Of a stretch of DNA of 64,000 bases, positions 62,469 to 64,000 are shown piece after piece (positions within the stretch are counted from its first letter, which is position 1; every line of letters starts with the position of its first letter). Below the pieces are notes generated by a model. The model worked only from the letters and a program-made list of their open reading frames with translations, searched no databases and was not told the DNA's origin. Source of the stretch: Nannocystis bainbridge (lineage in GTDB: Bacteria; Myxococcota_A; Polyangia; Nannocystales; Nannocystaceae); NCBI RefSeq assembly GCF_028368995.1, contig NZ_JAQNDL010000003.1:2624001-2688000 (forward strand), in the 5' to 3' direction. Position numbers and translations under genes: made by a program.

Positions 62469-62729
62469 GGCCACGCAGTCTATCAAGGCGGGGGCCTCGC
62501 CATCGCCGCCGATCGCCGTTCTCCTGCCACCGGGGCGGCGACCCGTCCTGGAGCACCGCCGGCTGCCGCGATTTCGTTGCCGTGGCGGGTACCGACAATC
62601 GCCGCCTTGGGGCGAAAAACCGAGACAAGTCTCACACATTTTCGACCGCAGCCTTCCCATTCTCTGCGGCCCCGCGGCGATAATGCGCTGCCGTCGCCGG
62701 CAGGGGCTGGCGGTGGGAAAGGCCGCCTC

Positions 62730-64000
62730 GTGCTCTCGATCGCCGTTCTCGCGCTCGCCTCGACCTCGCTGGCGTCCGACCCTCCGACCTGGGTGTTCTT
62801 CGCCGACAAACAGGTCACCGCCGGTGAATTGCAGCCCGCGCTCGAGCGGCGCGCCGAGCAGCTCGCGCCGCGAGCGCTGCGCCGGCGAATGCGGGTCCGC
62901 GGCGACCGTGGCGTCGACGTCCGCGATCTCCCGCTCGCCTCCCCGTACCTGCAGGCCGTCGTCGCCACCGGCGTGCAGATCCGTGCCACCTCGCGCTGGC
63001 TCAACGCCGTCAGCGTCGACGCCGACGCCGCCCAGCGGGCCGCGATCGCCGGCTTGCCGTTCGTCGCCGGCATGCGCCCCGTCGCGCGCACGCGCGGCCA
63101 CGATCACGCCCCGGCCTGGACCGAACAGTCGCCGGCCTCCGCGGCCTACGGCGTCGCCGAGACCCAGCTCGCCCTGCTCGGCGTCCCGGCCCTGCACGCG
63201 TGTGGCCTGACCGGCGCCGGCGTGGTGATCGGCGTGCAGGACAGCGGCTTCTCGCTGCAGCACGCCGCCTTCGCCGGTCTGCACGTGCTGGCCGCCCGCG
63301 ATTTCGTGCAGGGCGACGACGAGGTCGCCGACCAGCCGGGCGACGACGAGGGCCAGGATCGCCACGGCACCGTCGTGCTGTCGCTGCTGGCCGGCGACGA
63401 CGGCGACGCCTTCTCCGGCGTCGCCCCGGGCGCCTCGGTCATCCTCAGCAAGACCGAGCGCATCGGCGAGGAGCAGCCCTACGAGGAAGATCTTTACGTC
63501 GCCGGCCTCGAGTGGATCGAGGGCATGGGCGCCGACCTGTTCACCGCCTCGCTCGGCTACTACGAATGGTACGAGCACCCGCAATACGACGGCAAGACCG
63601 CCGTCGTCTCGCAGGCCGCCGCGGTGGCGCTCGCCAACGGCCTCGTCATGTTCACCGCCAACGGCAACGAGGGCCCCGAGCCGGGCACGCTGATCGCCCC
63701 GGCCGACGTCGACGGCATCATCGCGCTCGGGGCCACCGACCTCGAGGGCCAGGTCGCCGGCTTCTCCTCGCGCGGTCCCACCAGCGACGGCCGGATCAAG
63801 CCCGACCTGCTGGCTCCGGGTCAGGGCGTATGGATGGTCCAGCCGGGTACCGACAATGAATATACCCAGGGCAACGGCACCAGCCTCGCCACCCCGCTGG
63901 CCGCTGGCGTCGGCGCATTGCTGCTCGAGGCCTACCCCGAGCTCACCCCGGCCCAGATGCTGGCGCTGCTGCGCGCCACCGCCTCGCAACCCGACGCGCC
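62730..64000 (+). CDS. Secreted S8 (subtilisin-like) peptidase, truncated by the window end
   Basis: Read manually because it is absent from the ORF track: signal peptide, WVFFADK, IGVQDSG (Asp), HGT (His) and NGTSLATP (Ser). Confidence 0.9.
   Translation, partial: MLSIAVLALASTSLASDPPTWVFFADKQVTAGELQPALERRAEQLAPRALRRRMRVRGDRGVDVRDLPLASPYLQAVVATGVQIRATSRWLNAVSVDADAAQRAAIAGLPFVAGMRPVARTRGHDHAPAWTEQSPASAAYGVAETQLALLGVPALHACGLTGAGVVIGVQDSGFSLQHAAFAGLHVLAARDFVQGDDEVADQPGDDEGQDRHGTVVLSLLAGDDGDAFSGVAPGASVILSKTERIGEEQPYEEDLYVAGLEWIEGMGADLFTASLGYYEWYEHPQYDGKTAVVSQAAAVALANGLVMFTANGNEGPEPGTLIAPADVDGIIALGATDLEGQVAGFSSRGPTSDGRIKPDLLAPGQGVWMVQPGTDNEYTQGNGTSLATPLAAGVGALLLEAYPELTPAQMLALLRATASQPDA

Noticed and set aside
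62730-64000. S8 protease as activator of the gasdermin-like ORF
   Set aside because: It is about 14 kb away and has a signal peptide; nothing links the two.

Overview
A very GC-rich window, most likely from a myxobacterium of the Nannocystis type. That call is inferred from the Ser/Thr-stalk lipoproteins, the Cys-rich DUF4215 repeats, the ADYC protein and the Ser/Thr kinase-TPR receptors. It holds about 50 real CDSs. Housekeeping or accessory enzymes include a DEAD-box helicase, an RRM protein, AstA, MetF, an NCS2 permease, Xth, an ACE-like M2 peptidase, a 5'-3' exonuclease, a sirtuin, a UDG and an S8 protease. Signalling proteins include a sigma54 activator, ArsR, an HD-GYP regulator, a histidine kinase, a PAS-STAS protein and three kinase-TPR proteins. 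There are also many secreted lipoproteins. I found no rRNA, tRNA, CRISPR array or transposase. Three signals stand out: (1) a protein built only from seven tandem ribosomal bL12 C-terminal domains; (2) a 230-aa ORF with a gasdermin-like motif layout but no inhibitory tail and no adjacent protease; (3) about 15 dispersed clusters of a palindromic RRACATGYCC motif on a 14-bp period, mostly at gene ends. All family calls come from motif recognition by eye; no searches were run.
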